A stretch of DNA of 32,000 nt from Methanopyrus kandleri AV19 (lineage in GTDB: Archaea; JAADCQ01; Methanopyri; Methanopyrales; Methanopyraceae). The notes beneath the pieces were generated by a model. That model was not told the DNA's origin and searched no databases. It worked only from the letters and a program-made list of their open reading frames with translations. The DNA lies in assembly GCF_000007185.1 (NCBI RefSeq), contig NC_003551.1, positions 1,050,001-1,082,000 of the forward strand, read 5' to 3'. Positions within the stretch are counted from its first letter, which is position 1. Each line of letters opens with the position of its first letter. The position numbers were made by a program, and so were the translations under genes. Shown here one piece after another: positions 18,430 through 26,743 of this stretch.

Positions 18430-19566
18430 TCACCTCATCCTCCTCTTCCTGAGCTCCTCGATAGAGTCATCGAGGAGGTCGTCAAGCGCGTCGTCGCCCA
18501 CCAACTCGCCCGCTTCTTCCATGTCCAGCTCGTACAACCGCTCGACCGCCCCGTTTGCTTCCTCCTCCACGAGCTCACGAACGCGCTCCACGACCGACTC
18601 GTGTACTTCCTCCTGTGGACCCGGCTCCCAAATGGGGTCGTATTCGCCCGGCTGTATTTCGACTTCGCCCAAACGGATCACGGCACCCGCTCCGGGTATC
18701 TTCACCGCCAGCTCCTCCCATCGGGAAAGGGTGTCCGCGAGCTCCAACGCGTGTTCCACGCTGTCCACCAGAATCGAGCCCACCCAGCGCAGAACCTCCT
18801 CGTCGTCGATCCCCAACCCACCTACCGCTTCATGGAGTGCTTCTCGCACCGAATACTCTATCTCATCTATCGGCCCCGGTCTGAGCTCCTTCAGCGGTTT
18901 CACCAGTTCTTCCGGCGGGACGGTACGGTTCGCGCACGTGTGACATAGCAGTGCGAAGATCACCCAAACCCGAGTCGGCGACGCGAACCTCGGAACTAAG
19001 CTCCCGTACCGTACCCCCAGTTCCGGAAGGAGCTCTAAAACCCGCTCGTCCACACCCACCCCGTCGGCCACGTACTCGGCGGCTTCCTTCAGATCCTCAC
19101 GTTCCAGGAGTCCTCCCGCGCACGCCATGAGCGCGACTTCTACCGATAGTGGCTCCAGCACGCTCTCCAGACCCGGGTCTTCCAGGTATTCCGGGGTTCT
19201 CCGTACGAAGAACCGCCGTAGCTGAAGGAAATGCAGGAGGACTATCTCCGCGGGATCGACGGTACCCCTCAGTCCCTCCCAGAGCCCGGATACGCCGCTT
19301 ATCGTCCAGTGTATCAGCCGCTCCGCGGCTTCCGCCAGCGTACTAGGGGTGTCCAAGACCTCGAGGAGAAATCGTATCGGATGTGTCTCCTCGATTCCCT
19401 CGCCCTTCAGCAGTCCCGCGAGACCTTCACAGGACTCGAGCGTCGAGAGTACCACCCGTCGGAAGATCTCGAAGTCCCCGAGGGTCTCGCAGGGCTTCGG
19501 CATCGCCACGTGCAGCTTCTCCAATGCGGATTCCTCCGGTTGGAGCGGATCGTTCCAATCCAACAC
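18430..19566 (-). CDS. Uncharacterised protein, paralog B of a two-member family in this window
   Basis: 'SALEKLHVAMPKPCETLGDFEIFRRVVLSTL', 'HPIRFLLEVLDTPSTLAEAAERLIHWTISGV', 'PRFASPTRVWVIFALLCHTCANRTVPPEEL', 'VEIQPGEYDPIWE' mirror paralog A. Confidence 0.85.
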   Translation of the reverse strand: MLDWNDPLQPEESALEKLHVAMPKPCETLGDFEIFRRVVLSTLESCEGLAGLLKGEGIEETHPIRFLLEVLDTPSTLAEAAERLIHWTISGVSGLWEGLRGTVDPAEIVLLHFLQLRRFFVRRTPEYLEDPGLESVLEPLSVEVALMACAGGLLEREDLKEAAEYVADGVGVDERVLELLPELGVRYGSLVPRFASPTRVWVIFALLCHTCANRTVPPEELVKPLKELRPGPIDEIEYSVREALHEAVGGLGIDDEEVLRWVGSILVDSVEHALELADTLSRWEELAVKIPGAGAVIRLGEVEIQPGEYDPIWEPGPQEEVHESVVERVRELVEEEANGAVERLYELDMEEAGELVGDDALDDLLDDSIEELRKRRMR

Positions 19567-20067
19567 GGCTCCCCGTAGACTCGGGTGGTGCGTTCGGCTT
19601 ACAAAGCTTTGAAAGCCCCGCCTTCCGGACGGGGACGCGATCGCCGGAGATACCCGCTAGAACTCTCGAGTCCAGAGCGGCAAAGGTATCGGGTGGATCG
19701 GATTCGCTGCTAATCGGAAGCGGGGTACCGAGTGCCAATCGCTGATTAACGGCTACAGCATCGGGGTCTCAGGGACTACCCAGACTCAAAGCTGTTGAAA
19801 CCGATTGAAGGACTTGGGTTACGATCCCGGGTCCCCAGGATCCGGTTTGGGAGCGGGGTCGGAGACTGATTCGAAGCCGAACTCAGGAACTTCTGAACCT
19901 TTCCGTCGCCCCCGCGAGCCCTTAGCCTAGGCGAGGGAAGTTAACTTCCGGAAAGTATCATCACGCCGTGAGGGGATCACACCGGACCCGACACCGGTCG
20001 ATCCAGGGCCGATCGAACCCCGAAGGGGTTTAACCCTCTGGCGAATGGCGGGTGGGAGGGTTACCGC

Positions 20068-21114
20068 GTGCTCGAGACTATCCTTCTGGCCACCGTCGCC
20101 TGGACGGTTCAGGACCACGATCAACCTTTCGCCACATATTGGCAGGACGTGAAGTTTTGGGAGATCCTGGAGCGACACCCGCGCACGCTCGTCGTCGATC
20201 CCTACTGCGGTCCCGACGACCGACCTTGGACCAAGGACGAGATCCGCACCCTACGCGAGCACGGTGTGAAACCCGTAGCGTACCTATCACTTGCCACGGT
20301 CGGCAAGCACCAGACGGACCTGTACAGTCTCGCGGAGGAGAAGGGACTCCTCGGTCCGCGGGACCCGTACTGGGAAGGGGACCGTGCAGTTCGATTCTGG
20401 GAACGCACCTGGCTCGACGCCCTCCGCACCAAGTTCGAAGAATTACGGGACCTCGGCTACGAGGGTGTGTTCATCGACGTTGTGGACCCGTGGACTCTGG
20501 ACTGGTACGTTAAGTGGTTCCGTCGCGAAACCGGCGAGAACTTGGAGAAACTGCGTGAGTTAACTTACGATGCACTCGAGGAACTCATTCAGGCGGCACT
20601 ACACCTCGGCCTCGAAGTCTACGTGAACGTCGGGGGCGCGATCTTCGATCCAAAGCTCGCCGAGCTCAAGGAACGTTACGGGTTCAAGGTCGTCGTTGAG
20701 GACGTGATCACCGACGATGAGGGTAATCTCGTCCCGGACGACGTGTTCCGTGATTACCTGCGCGCCCTCGCACACCTAGGCTCGGGCGTGTACGTGATCG
20801 AGTACGACCTGACGATGACCCCCGAGGTGAACGAGCGGCTCGAAGAACTCTTCGCGGAGACGAAGGTGGAGGCGGTGTACGTGACCTCGCTCGACCACGA
20901 TCGACTCGGGATCGACATAGTTCCCATCAAGGCTCCGGTGAACCCGTCGGACACCTCGGGGAGCTCGGGGGAGGAGAAGGCATCGTACACGCGGGAGAAC
21001 GAGGAAGACTTGGAGAGAATCCCCGTGGAGGAGCTCGTGGAGGAAGGTCCGAAGAAACTGCCGGTGATCCCGATAGTTCCTCCGGTGCGTCGACGATGCC
21101 TATCGCATGGGTAA
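20068..21114 (+). CDS. GH114 / TM1410-like family protein (endo-alpha-1,4-polygalactosaminidase-related TIM barrel), GTG start
   Basis: 'VKPVAYLSLATVGKHQTD...DPYWEGDRAVRFWERTWLDALRTKFEELRDLGYEGVFIDVVDPWTLDW' follows the TM1410/GH114 pattern (AYLSxGE...W...VxYWxxxW...GxxGVxLDVVD). Confidence 0.78.
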   Translation: MLETILLATVAWTVQDHDQPFATYWQDVKFWEILERHPRTLVVDPYCGPDDRPWTKDEIRTLREHGVKPVAYLSLATVGKHQTDLYSLAEEKGLLGPRDPYWEGDRAVRFWERTWLDALRTKFEELRDLGYEGVFIDVVDPWTLDWYVKWFRRETGENLEKLRELTYDALEELIQAALHLGLEVYVNVGGAIFDPKLAELKERYGFKVVVEDVITDDEGNLVPDDVFRDYLRALAHLGSGVYVIEYDLTMTPEVNERLEELFAETKVEAVYVTSLDHDRLGIDIVPIKAPVNPSDTSGSSGEEKASYTRENEEDLERIPVEELVEEGPKKLPVIPIVPPVRRRCLSHG

Positions 21115-21240
21115 CACTCCGGCTCTGCCCCTTCACGAAAATCCTCCGAAGTGCTGTGCGTTCGGAATTCGACGGCTTACCACGCGTTTCGAGGAGACGT
21201 GAGATGGGTCGCGCTGTGACAACGGTCCCGGGGCTCGGGT

Positions 21241-22530
21241 ATGGGATCGCCGGGGGCCCCGGTCCGTCGGCTCACCGGCTCGTTGTGTCTGGTGCTCGTG
21301 GAAGAGGCTACTACCGTACCCACGTTCCCCGGTGCGCTGTACGTTCTGGACCCACCCGGTGAACCGGGACGACTCCGTGAGGGTCCCGAGCTCACCGACG
21401 AAGAGGGAAGATCCGTCGTCCCGTTCGTGGCCCTCGTCGAGCCGCCGCTACGGGAAGTTATCCGGGTCGAGGGGACGACACTCCACGTACACCCGGACGC
21501 CGTCGTTCACGTGGACCCGGACCAACCGGTTGTACTGACAGGATACGCGTGCGACGATCGTCACACCGTCACCGCCGTTCTGCCGTTTCGCTCTTTCCTC
21601 GTAGCGCTGGATCACGCCCGTCACGGGCCACCTGATCCCTACGAACTTTTCGAGGTCTTTGCGATCCTGTATGACCCGATTCAGGCGGCCGCCTTCACCC
21701 TGAACGCCCGTGGACACGCGCTCCTGATCGACGAGCACGGAGTGAACGAACATGCCATGCTCTACACGACTCCGCCAGGTCACCCCGGGCCCGACCACAT
21801 CTCATCCCGGCACGTGCGGCCGAGTGACCTGCAGGGAGCCCCGAAGCACGTCACCGGCGACGGGCCGCCCATCCTTCCACGCGACCGCTACCTCGATCTG
21901 CTCGCCCGGACTCAGTTGATCACAGGTGTTCCGGAACCCGGACGCGCCGACTTCCGTCTACTCGAGAACGTGCACGAGTACGTTAGGCCCCTCCTTACCA
22001 CGATCCACCTCGCACACCATTGGGAAACGCGACAGGTTCACGAAGAAACCGGACGCCTCGTCGCCGAGATTCTCAGGGGAGACCTTCACAGAGAGGTCGC
22101 CGATGCTCACAAGCGGGCGGTGCGTGCCCTCGGATCCCGATACCCTACTCCGGCTTACGCCCCCGACGCTCGTGTTCGCTGGGCTCGTCAGCTCGCCGGG
22201 CCTGTCTCCGACCGCGTCCTCACGAAGGTACAGGATTTCGCCCGTCTCGTCGCCTGCCATCGTCTCGTCAACCGTCTTTGGACGTTCGTCGATACCGTAA
22301 CGCTGCTCGGATACGAGGAGTGCGTGGACCTCGTCGAGATGGCGTACAGCTACACCGAGCACGACCTTCCGGGACACGAGATCGAGAGGCTTCTCCGACC
22401 CTGGATCGACGCACTCCGGGATCCCCACTATCGACGTTTGGAGCGGGGGACCGCACCGCCACCTAAGTTGCGGCTCGTCGAACCCGAGGAGCCCGAGGAC
22501 TTGCTCGTGTGTTACGACCGTCTGCTGTGA
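21241..22530 (+). CDS. Uncharacterised protein
   Basis: 429-aa ORF with protein-like composition ('FPGALYVLDPPGEPGRL...GRSVVPFVALVEPPLREVIRVEGTTLHVHPDAVVHVDPDQPVVLTGY...'), no recognised family; some of the other-frame ORFs here are shorter and Arg/Pro-rich. Confidence 0.65.
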   Translation: MGSPGAPVRRLTGSLCLVLVEEATTVPTFPGALYVLDPPGEPGRLREGPELTDEEGRSVVPFVALVEPPLREVIRVEGTTLHVHPDAVVHVDPDQPVVLTGYACDDRHTVTAVLPFRSFLVALDHARHGPPDPYELFEVFAILYDPIQAAAFTLNARGHALLIDEHGVNEHAMLYTTPPGHPGPDHISSRHVRPSDLQGAPKHVTGDGPPILPRDRYLDLLARTQLITGVPEPGRADFRLLENVHEYVRPLLTTIHLAHHWETRQVHEETGRLVAEILRGDLHREVADAHKRAVRALGSRYPTPAYAPDARVRWARQLAGPVSDRVLTKVQDFARLVACHRLVNRLWTFVDTVTLLGYEECVDLVEMAYSYTEHDLPGHEIERLLRPWIDALRDPHYRRLERGTAPPPKLRLVEPEEPEDLLVCYDRLL

Positions 22531-22763
22531 TCCGGCTACCGGAGGTCAGGGTTGGGCCGTGGGGAAAAGTGATCCGGAAAATTTTTACCGGTGGGGGCCG
22601 GCGTGCGGCCGGCACCGTCGGAACCGTCGACGTCCGTGAGCGGTCTCGGACGGCGTGTCCGTCCGCCGAAAACCTGGCCTCCCTCATACACCCTATCCAT
22701 ACGGTGCAATGCGAACTATCGTGGGATAGTAGACCAAGATTCACTGTATGTCCGACTCCAGTA

Positions 22764-23159
22764 TTAAACTTCTTCTAAAGCTTTCAGTAAATCCTCCGCC
22801 TTGACAGATCTCGTCTTACCTAACACTCTCTCAATAGCTTTATCCTCGTCTTTGATAGCATAGATGGCACGTCCAGAGACCCGATTCGACTCTATTAATC
22901 CTTCCTTTTTGAGTCTACTTGCCAGAGAATAGATTTTGCGTTTGTTCACGTTATTGTAACCTAACTTACGGAGAACTTTCACGATTTCATCACATGTTAT
23001 CCCCATATTAAATTCCCTATACGCCACACATATGGTTGCTAAGACAGCATCGGTTAATGATAACCTACCGCTTTTTAACGCTTCTTTGACCTTTCTTAGT
23101 CTCTCATCTTCCGACAAGTGGGGCAGCCCCCACAACCCCATATGCTGACGTGGGACCAT
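22764..23159 (-). CDS. Winged-helix-like DNA-binding protein
   Basis: 'SLTDAVLATICVAYREFNMGITCDEIVKVLRKLGYNNVNKRKIYSLASRLKKEGLIESNRVSGRAIYAI' has an HTH/wing layout, in low-GC DNA. Confidence 0.7.
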   Translation of the reverse strand: MVPRQHMGLWGLPHLSEDERLRKVKEALKSGRLSLTDAVLATICVAYREFNMGITCDEIVKVLRKLGYNNVNKRKIYSLASRLKKEGLIESNRVSGRAIYAIKDEDKAIERVLGKTRSVKAEDLLKALEEV

Positions 23160-23190
23160 CTATCCTCAAAGCGTTACTATGGGATGTTCC

Positions 23191-23200
23191 TTATATAAAT
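23191..23200 (-). promoter_or_regulatory. Archaeal TATA box for the winged-helix gene
   Basis: Minus strand ATTTATATAA, 32-41 nt upstream of the ATG at 23159, implying a very short or absent leader. Confidence 0.65.
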
Positions 23201-23509
23201 CCTGCGGAACGTCTGTTGGCTATCTGTAATGGGTGTTAGAAAATAGCAAGGGGAAGTGTGTGATCGTATGGTCGAATGTTTTCCCAACGGAGTGTAACAT
23301 CTGCTCACTACCCCATCAGGCTTTCATGGTGGGGCCGATTACCGTCGATTGGAGGATTCGGGGGAAGCTCGGCCCTGCCCAGTCCTGTCATCCCCGAGTG
23401 GGTCGACGTTACAACCCCTCCCCATCGCCGGCGGGTACGTATACTCGCGTTAGAGTTTAACCGATTCCGCCCATCGTTTCGTTCGTCGTAACGACAGGGG
23501 GAGGGTTCG

Positions 23510-24421
23510 TTGCGTTGTACGCGCTGCGGCGAACGGAACGCCGAGTACGAGCGTCCGTACGCGGGTGACGCGGTTTGCGGGCGGTGTTTGGTCGAACTGG
23601 TTCGGGATAGGGTGTTCCGCGAGATCAGACGGTGGAGGTGGTTCCGACCGGGACAGCGGATCGTGGTGGCCCTTTCGGGGGGTAAAGATAGCTCCCTGGC
23701 CCTACGGCTCGTTACGGAGTACGTGGAACCGCTGCCGGAGGTCGAGGTGATCGCGTTAACGGTGGACGAGGGGATCTCCGGGTTTCGGGACGCGTGTCTG
23801 CGGGCGGCGGAGCGGGTCGCGGACGAGCTCGACGTGGAGCACGAGGTCGTCTCGTTCGAGGAGGAGTACGGGTTCGCGCTGGAGGAGGTCGTGGAAGACG
23901 TGGACGTATCCGCGTGCACGTTGTGTGGTGTCCTGCGACGACGGTTGCTGAACAGGCGGGCGCGGGAGCTGGGAGCGGATGTCGTGGTAACGGGCCACAA
24001 CCTGGACGACGAGGCGCAAGCCGCCCTGATGAACTTCGTGAAGGCCGACCTGGCGCAGCTGGCGCGGCTACACCCGGAGGTGAGGCCGGAGGACGACCTG
24101 ATCGTGCCCAGGGTGAAGCCGCTACGGGGGGTACCGGAGCGTGAGGTGCGATGGGTGGCGGAAGAGCTCGGTCTGCCGTTCCACGCGGACCCGTGCCCGT
24201 ACGCGCGCTTCTCGGTGCGGTCGTTCTTCAGGGAGATACTCGATGAAATGGAGGAGCGGCTGCCGGACGTGAAGTTCGGGTTGGTGCGGGCGTTGGACAG
24301 GGCGGGTCCGGTGCTGGCGGAGGCGTTTCTGGAGGAGGGACTCGGGCGTTGCGAGCGGTGTGGCGAGCCGGCGGCTGGGAAGCTCTGTAAGGCGTGTGAA
24401 CTGCTGGAGCGGTTGGGTTAG
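23510..24421 (+). CDS. TtuA/Ncs6 (CTU1)-family tRNA 2-thiolation protein
   Basis: N-terminal 'CTRCGERNAEYERPYAGDAVCGRCL', PP-loop 'VVALSGGKDSSLAL', 'CTLCGVLRRRLLNRRARELGADVVVTGHNLDDEAQ', C-terminal 'RCERCGEPAAGKLCKACELLE'. Confidence 0.93.
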   Translation: MRCTRCGERNAEYERPYAGDAVCGRCLVELVRDRVFREIRRWRWFRPGQRIVVALSGGKDSSLALRLVTEYVEPLPEVEVIALTVDEGISGFRDACLRAAERVADELDVEHEVVSFEEEYGFALEEVVEDVDVSACTLCGVLRRRLLNRRARELGADVVVTGHNLDDEAQAALMNFVKADLAQLARLHPEVRPEDDLIVPRVKPLRGVPEREVRWVAEELGLPFHADPCPYARFSVRSFFREILDEMEERLPDVKFGLVRALDRAGPVLAEAFLEEGLGRCERCGEPAAGKLCKACELLERLG

Positions 24422-25152
24422 TCGGAGAAGGCCTGCTCGATGCTTTCGATCAGGTCGCGCTCGAGACGGCGGTGAGCACGGAAATGGCGGTTGGGGTCCT
24501 GAACGACGGTGTACCACCAGTAGAGGGCGAAGATGCCGGCCGTCAATAAGGTGAGCACGAAGTACAGGAAGGTACTGCGGCGGGGTACGACGTAGAACGT
24601 CTCGAGCTCGAACGGTGGCTCGTGGGGGTTCATGTCGAGTAGGCGGGCGACACTCTCGAGGAAATCCCGCTCGCGGACGGAGTGTTCGTGGAGGTCCCTG
24701 TTCAGGAAGTGGTAGATGTAGAGGGCTACGAGCCACCCTATGGGCGGGACGAGGGTGAGGAGGGCGTAGATCACGGGGTTCCGACGCTCGGTGTGGAGAC
24801 GCATCTCCTCGAGCTCGGATCTCAGGATGTCAACGTCGTACCCCACGCCGGCGAGGAGCTCCACGAGGTATCGTAGGAACCCCAGGGACCTCGTCACGTG
24901 CTCGTTCCGACGCTTGATCATGAGGTACATCAGGTACACGGCCAGCGGGTACCCGATGAGCGCCTCGAGGAGGCCTAAGAGGACCAGGAACGTCGCGTGA
25001 CCCGGGAACGTCTTGGCCATGACGATCGTGAGCCATCCAAGGAACGTGAGTACCTGCGGGAAAAACGCGAACCACACCGGCACTATCCTGTCCTCTTCGC
25101 CGTAGACCGTGCTGTGCTCTCGGAGACCCTGGAGCGCTATCTCTGGGTCCAC
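24418..25152 (-). CDS. Uncharacterised integral membrane protein (4+ TM; C-terminus reminiscent of DUF4234-like proteins)
   Basis: Hydrophobic segments 'PVWFAFFPQVLTFLGWLTIVMA', 'ATFLVLLGLLEALIGYPLAVYLMYLMI', 'VIYALLTLVPPIGWLVALYIYHFLNRDL', 'FLYFVLTLLTAGIFALYWWYTVVQD'. Confidence 0.7.
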   Translation of the reverse strand: MDPEIALQGLREHSTVYGEEDRIVPVWFAFFPQVLTFLGWLTIVMAKTFPGHATFLVLLGLLEALIGYPLAVYLMYLMIKRRNEHVTRSLGFLRYLVELLAGVGYDVDILRSELEEMRLHTERRNPVIYALLTLVPPIGWLVALYIYHFLNRDLHEHSVRERDFLESVARLLDMNPHEPPFELETFYVVPRRSTFLYFVLTLLTAGIFALYWWYTVVQDPNRHFRAHRRLERDLIESIEQAFSD

Positions 25153-25155
25153 GGT

Positions 25156-26352
25156 TCAGTCCCCGGCCCCATCCTCGCCATCGCCCTCATAACGCTTCCG
25201 AAGATCTCCGACCAAGCGGGCCCGGGTCAGCGGGGCGGACTCCCGGTCGACCTTCCGGCGTACGTCCTCCCACTCGGGTTTCGCGTGATGCACGTCCTCG
25301 AACCGTGAGACCTTGACGCGGATCCCGTCGACGTCCACGATCCTCCGGTCGGCCGTGACGCGAGTGCACCGGTACACGCGGGCTCCCAAGGTACCCGTCC
25401 AGCGGAAGAGCTCCCGGAAGACTTCTCGTTCGATCCCTGGCCGATCCTCCGTCACAACTCGGATCACGAACCTCGGACGCCCCTTCTTCCCGAACCCGTG
25501 GAGGACCTCCACGTCATGCACGCCTTCGAGCTGCAGCACGGCCTCGATCAGCTCACCGACCGCCTCCCCGTCGACGTCGTCCACGGAGGTTTCGACGATC
25601 CGAACGTGCTCGCCGGACCCCCCGGGCTCGCAGATGAGCGCCCGGAGGACGTTCGGACGGTCCGGCAGGTCCTTGGTACCGGCCCCGAACCCCTGCCGTT
25701 TCACACGGTAGGGAGGTGGCGGGTCCGGGAGGAGCTCGTCGATAGTTCGGAGTAGGGCGGCGCCCGTGGGTGTGAGGAGCTCCCCCTCCCCCTCCCGGAC
25801 TATCCCCACGTCCCACTCGGACAATACCTCGACGACCGCCGGGGCCGGGACGGGAAGACGACCGTGCTCCGTCTCCACGGTCCCGGAACCCACGTTCGGG
25901 GGGAGGACCTCGGAGGCTTTGGGATTCAGGTCCTCGAGGAGCGCGGCCGTCCCGACGAGGTCCACGACGGTGTCGGATGAGCCGAGCTCGTGAAGATGGC
26001 AGAGGTCCCCGTGAACGCGTTCCTCGGCCCTCAGCAGGTACTTCAGGGCGAGTTCAGGAAGCTCGCGCCAGCGATCCTCGAGTACGTTCTCGGCGACCGT
26101 TTTCACGGCTTCTCGGAGCTCGTCCGGATCGCGGAGGTCTCCCTCGGCATCGACCTCCACCCGGACGGCGCGGATCCCGCGCTTCTGGATCTCGTGGACG
26201 TGCACGTCGACCTCGTGACCTAGGGAGGAGACCTCGTGCACGACCTCCTCGAGACGGTTCGGGTCCGCGCCGACGGCGATCAACGCTCCCAGGACCATGT
26301 CCCCGGAGGCACCGGCCACTTGCGGGTCGAGTGTGAGGATCACCGGAAACAC
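25156..26352 (-). CDS. larC: LarC-family nickel insertion / nickel-pincer cofactor protein
   Basis: 'GASGDMVLGALIAVGADPNRLEE', 'HLHELGSSDTVVDLVGTAALLEDL', 'GRLPVPAPAVVEVL', 'ELLTPTGAALLRTI', 'VETSVDDVDGEAVGELIEAVLQLEGVHDVEVLHGFGKKGRP'. Confidence 0.9.
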   Translation of the reverse strand: MFPVILTLDPQVAGASGDMVLGALIAVGADPNRLEEVVHEVSSLGHEVDVHVHEIQKRGIRAVRVEVDAEGDLRDPDELREAVKTVAENVLEDRWRELPELALKYLLRAEERVHGDLCHLHELGSSDTVVDLVGTAALLEDLNPKASEVLPPNVGSGTVETEHGRLPVPAPAVVEVLSEWDVGIVREGEGELLTPTGAALLRTIDELLPDPPPPYRVKRQGFGAGTKDLPDRPNVLRALICEPGGSGEHVRIVETSVDDVDGEAVGELIEAVLQLEGVHDVEVLHGFGKKGRPRFVIRVVTEDRPGIEREVFRELFRWTGTLGARVYRCTRVTADRRIVDVDGIRVKVSRFEDVHHAKPEWEDVRRKVDRESAPLTRARLVGDLRKRYEGDGEDGAGD

Positions 26353-26416
26353 CCCGCGCGCCGCGGATCATAACGTTGTAAACCGCTCGGTGCCTATCAC
26401 GGTAGGGGTATCCGGC

Positions 26417-26743
26417 GTGAAGGAGGTGCGCCTCTTCGTGGATCCCGAAAACGTCGGGCGCGTCATGAACGCGATGGCGGACGTCGGCGTGACGGGTTTC
26501 TACGCGATCGAATATCGGGGTGTGGCTCCGGATCGTTGGGCCGGCTTCGAGATCCGTGAGGATCCCGAGAGCGCGATCAAAGCGCTCAACGACCTGTCGG
26601 AGCGGGCGGTGATGATCGTGACGGTGGTCCCGGAGGAGTGCGTCGAGAAGTTGAAGGACGCTGCCGCGGAGCGCCTGGCGGGTGAGCGGTACACGATAAT
26701 AGTGACCGACGTGGAGGAGATCCACGTGGATTACGGGCGTTAG
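26417..26743 (+). CDS. PII-like small protein (ferredoxin-like fold, methanogen family)
   Basis: Likely GTG start at 26417: 'VKEVRLFVDPENVGRVMNAMADVGVTGFYAIEYRGV...AVMIVTVVPEECVEKLKDAAAERLAGERYTIIVTDVEEIHVDYGR'. The track ORF from 26297 includes an implausible N-extension over the divergent promoter region. Confidence 0.65.
   Translation: MKEVRLFVDPENVGRVMNAMADVGVTGFYAIEYRGVAPDRWAGFEIREDPESAIKALNDLSERAVMIVTVVPEECVEKLKDAAAERLAGERYTIIVTDVEEIHVDYGR

Noticed and set aside
19870-19975. GTGATGA on the minus strand near 19961 with a CTGA about 75-80 nt downstream (possible C/D box sRNA)
   Set aside because: No D'/C' pair in the expected middle position and the terminal stem is unconvincing; would need RNA-seq.
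20068-21114. Interpreting the TM1410/MJ1477-related protein as an unconventional cysteinyl-tRNA synthetase, given the tRNA-Cys in the window
   Set aside because: That proposal for the MJ1477 family was not upheld. Methanogens lacking CysRS use the SepRS/SepCysS route, and the sequence pattern fits the GH114-like barrel.
24122-24736. 204-aa minus-strand ORF overlapping the TtuA-like gene
   Set aside because: Antisense shadow of the 3' end of a confident PP-loop gene; low-complexity Arg/Pro/His composition.
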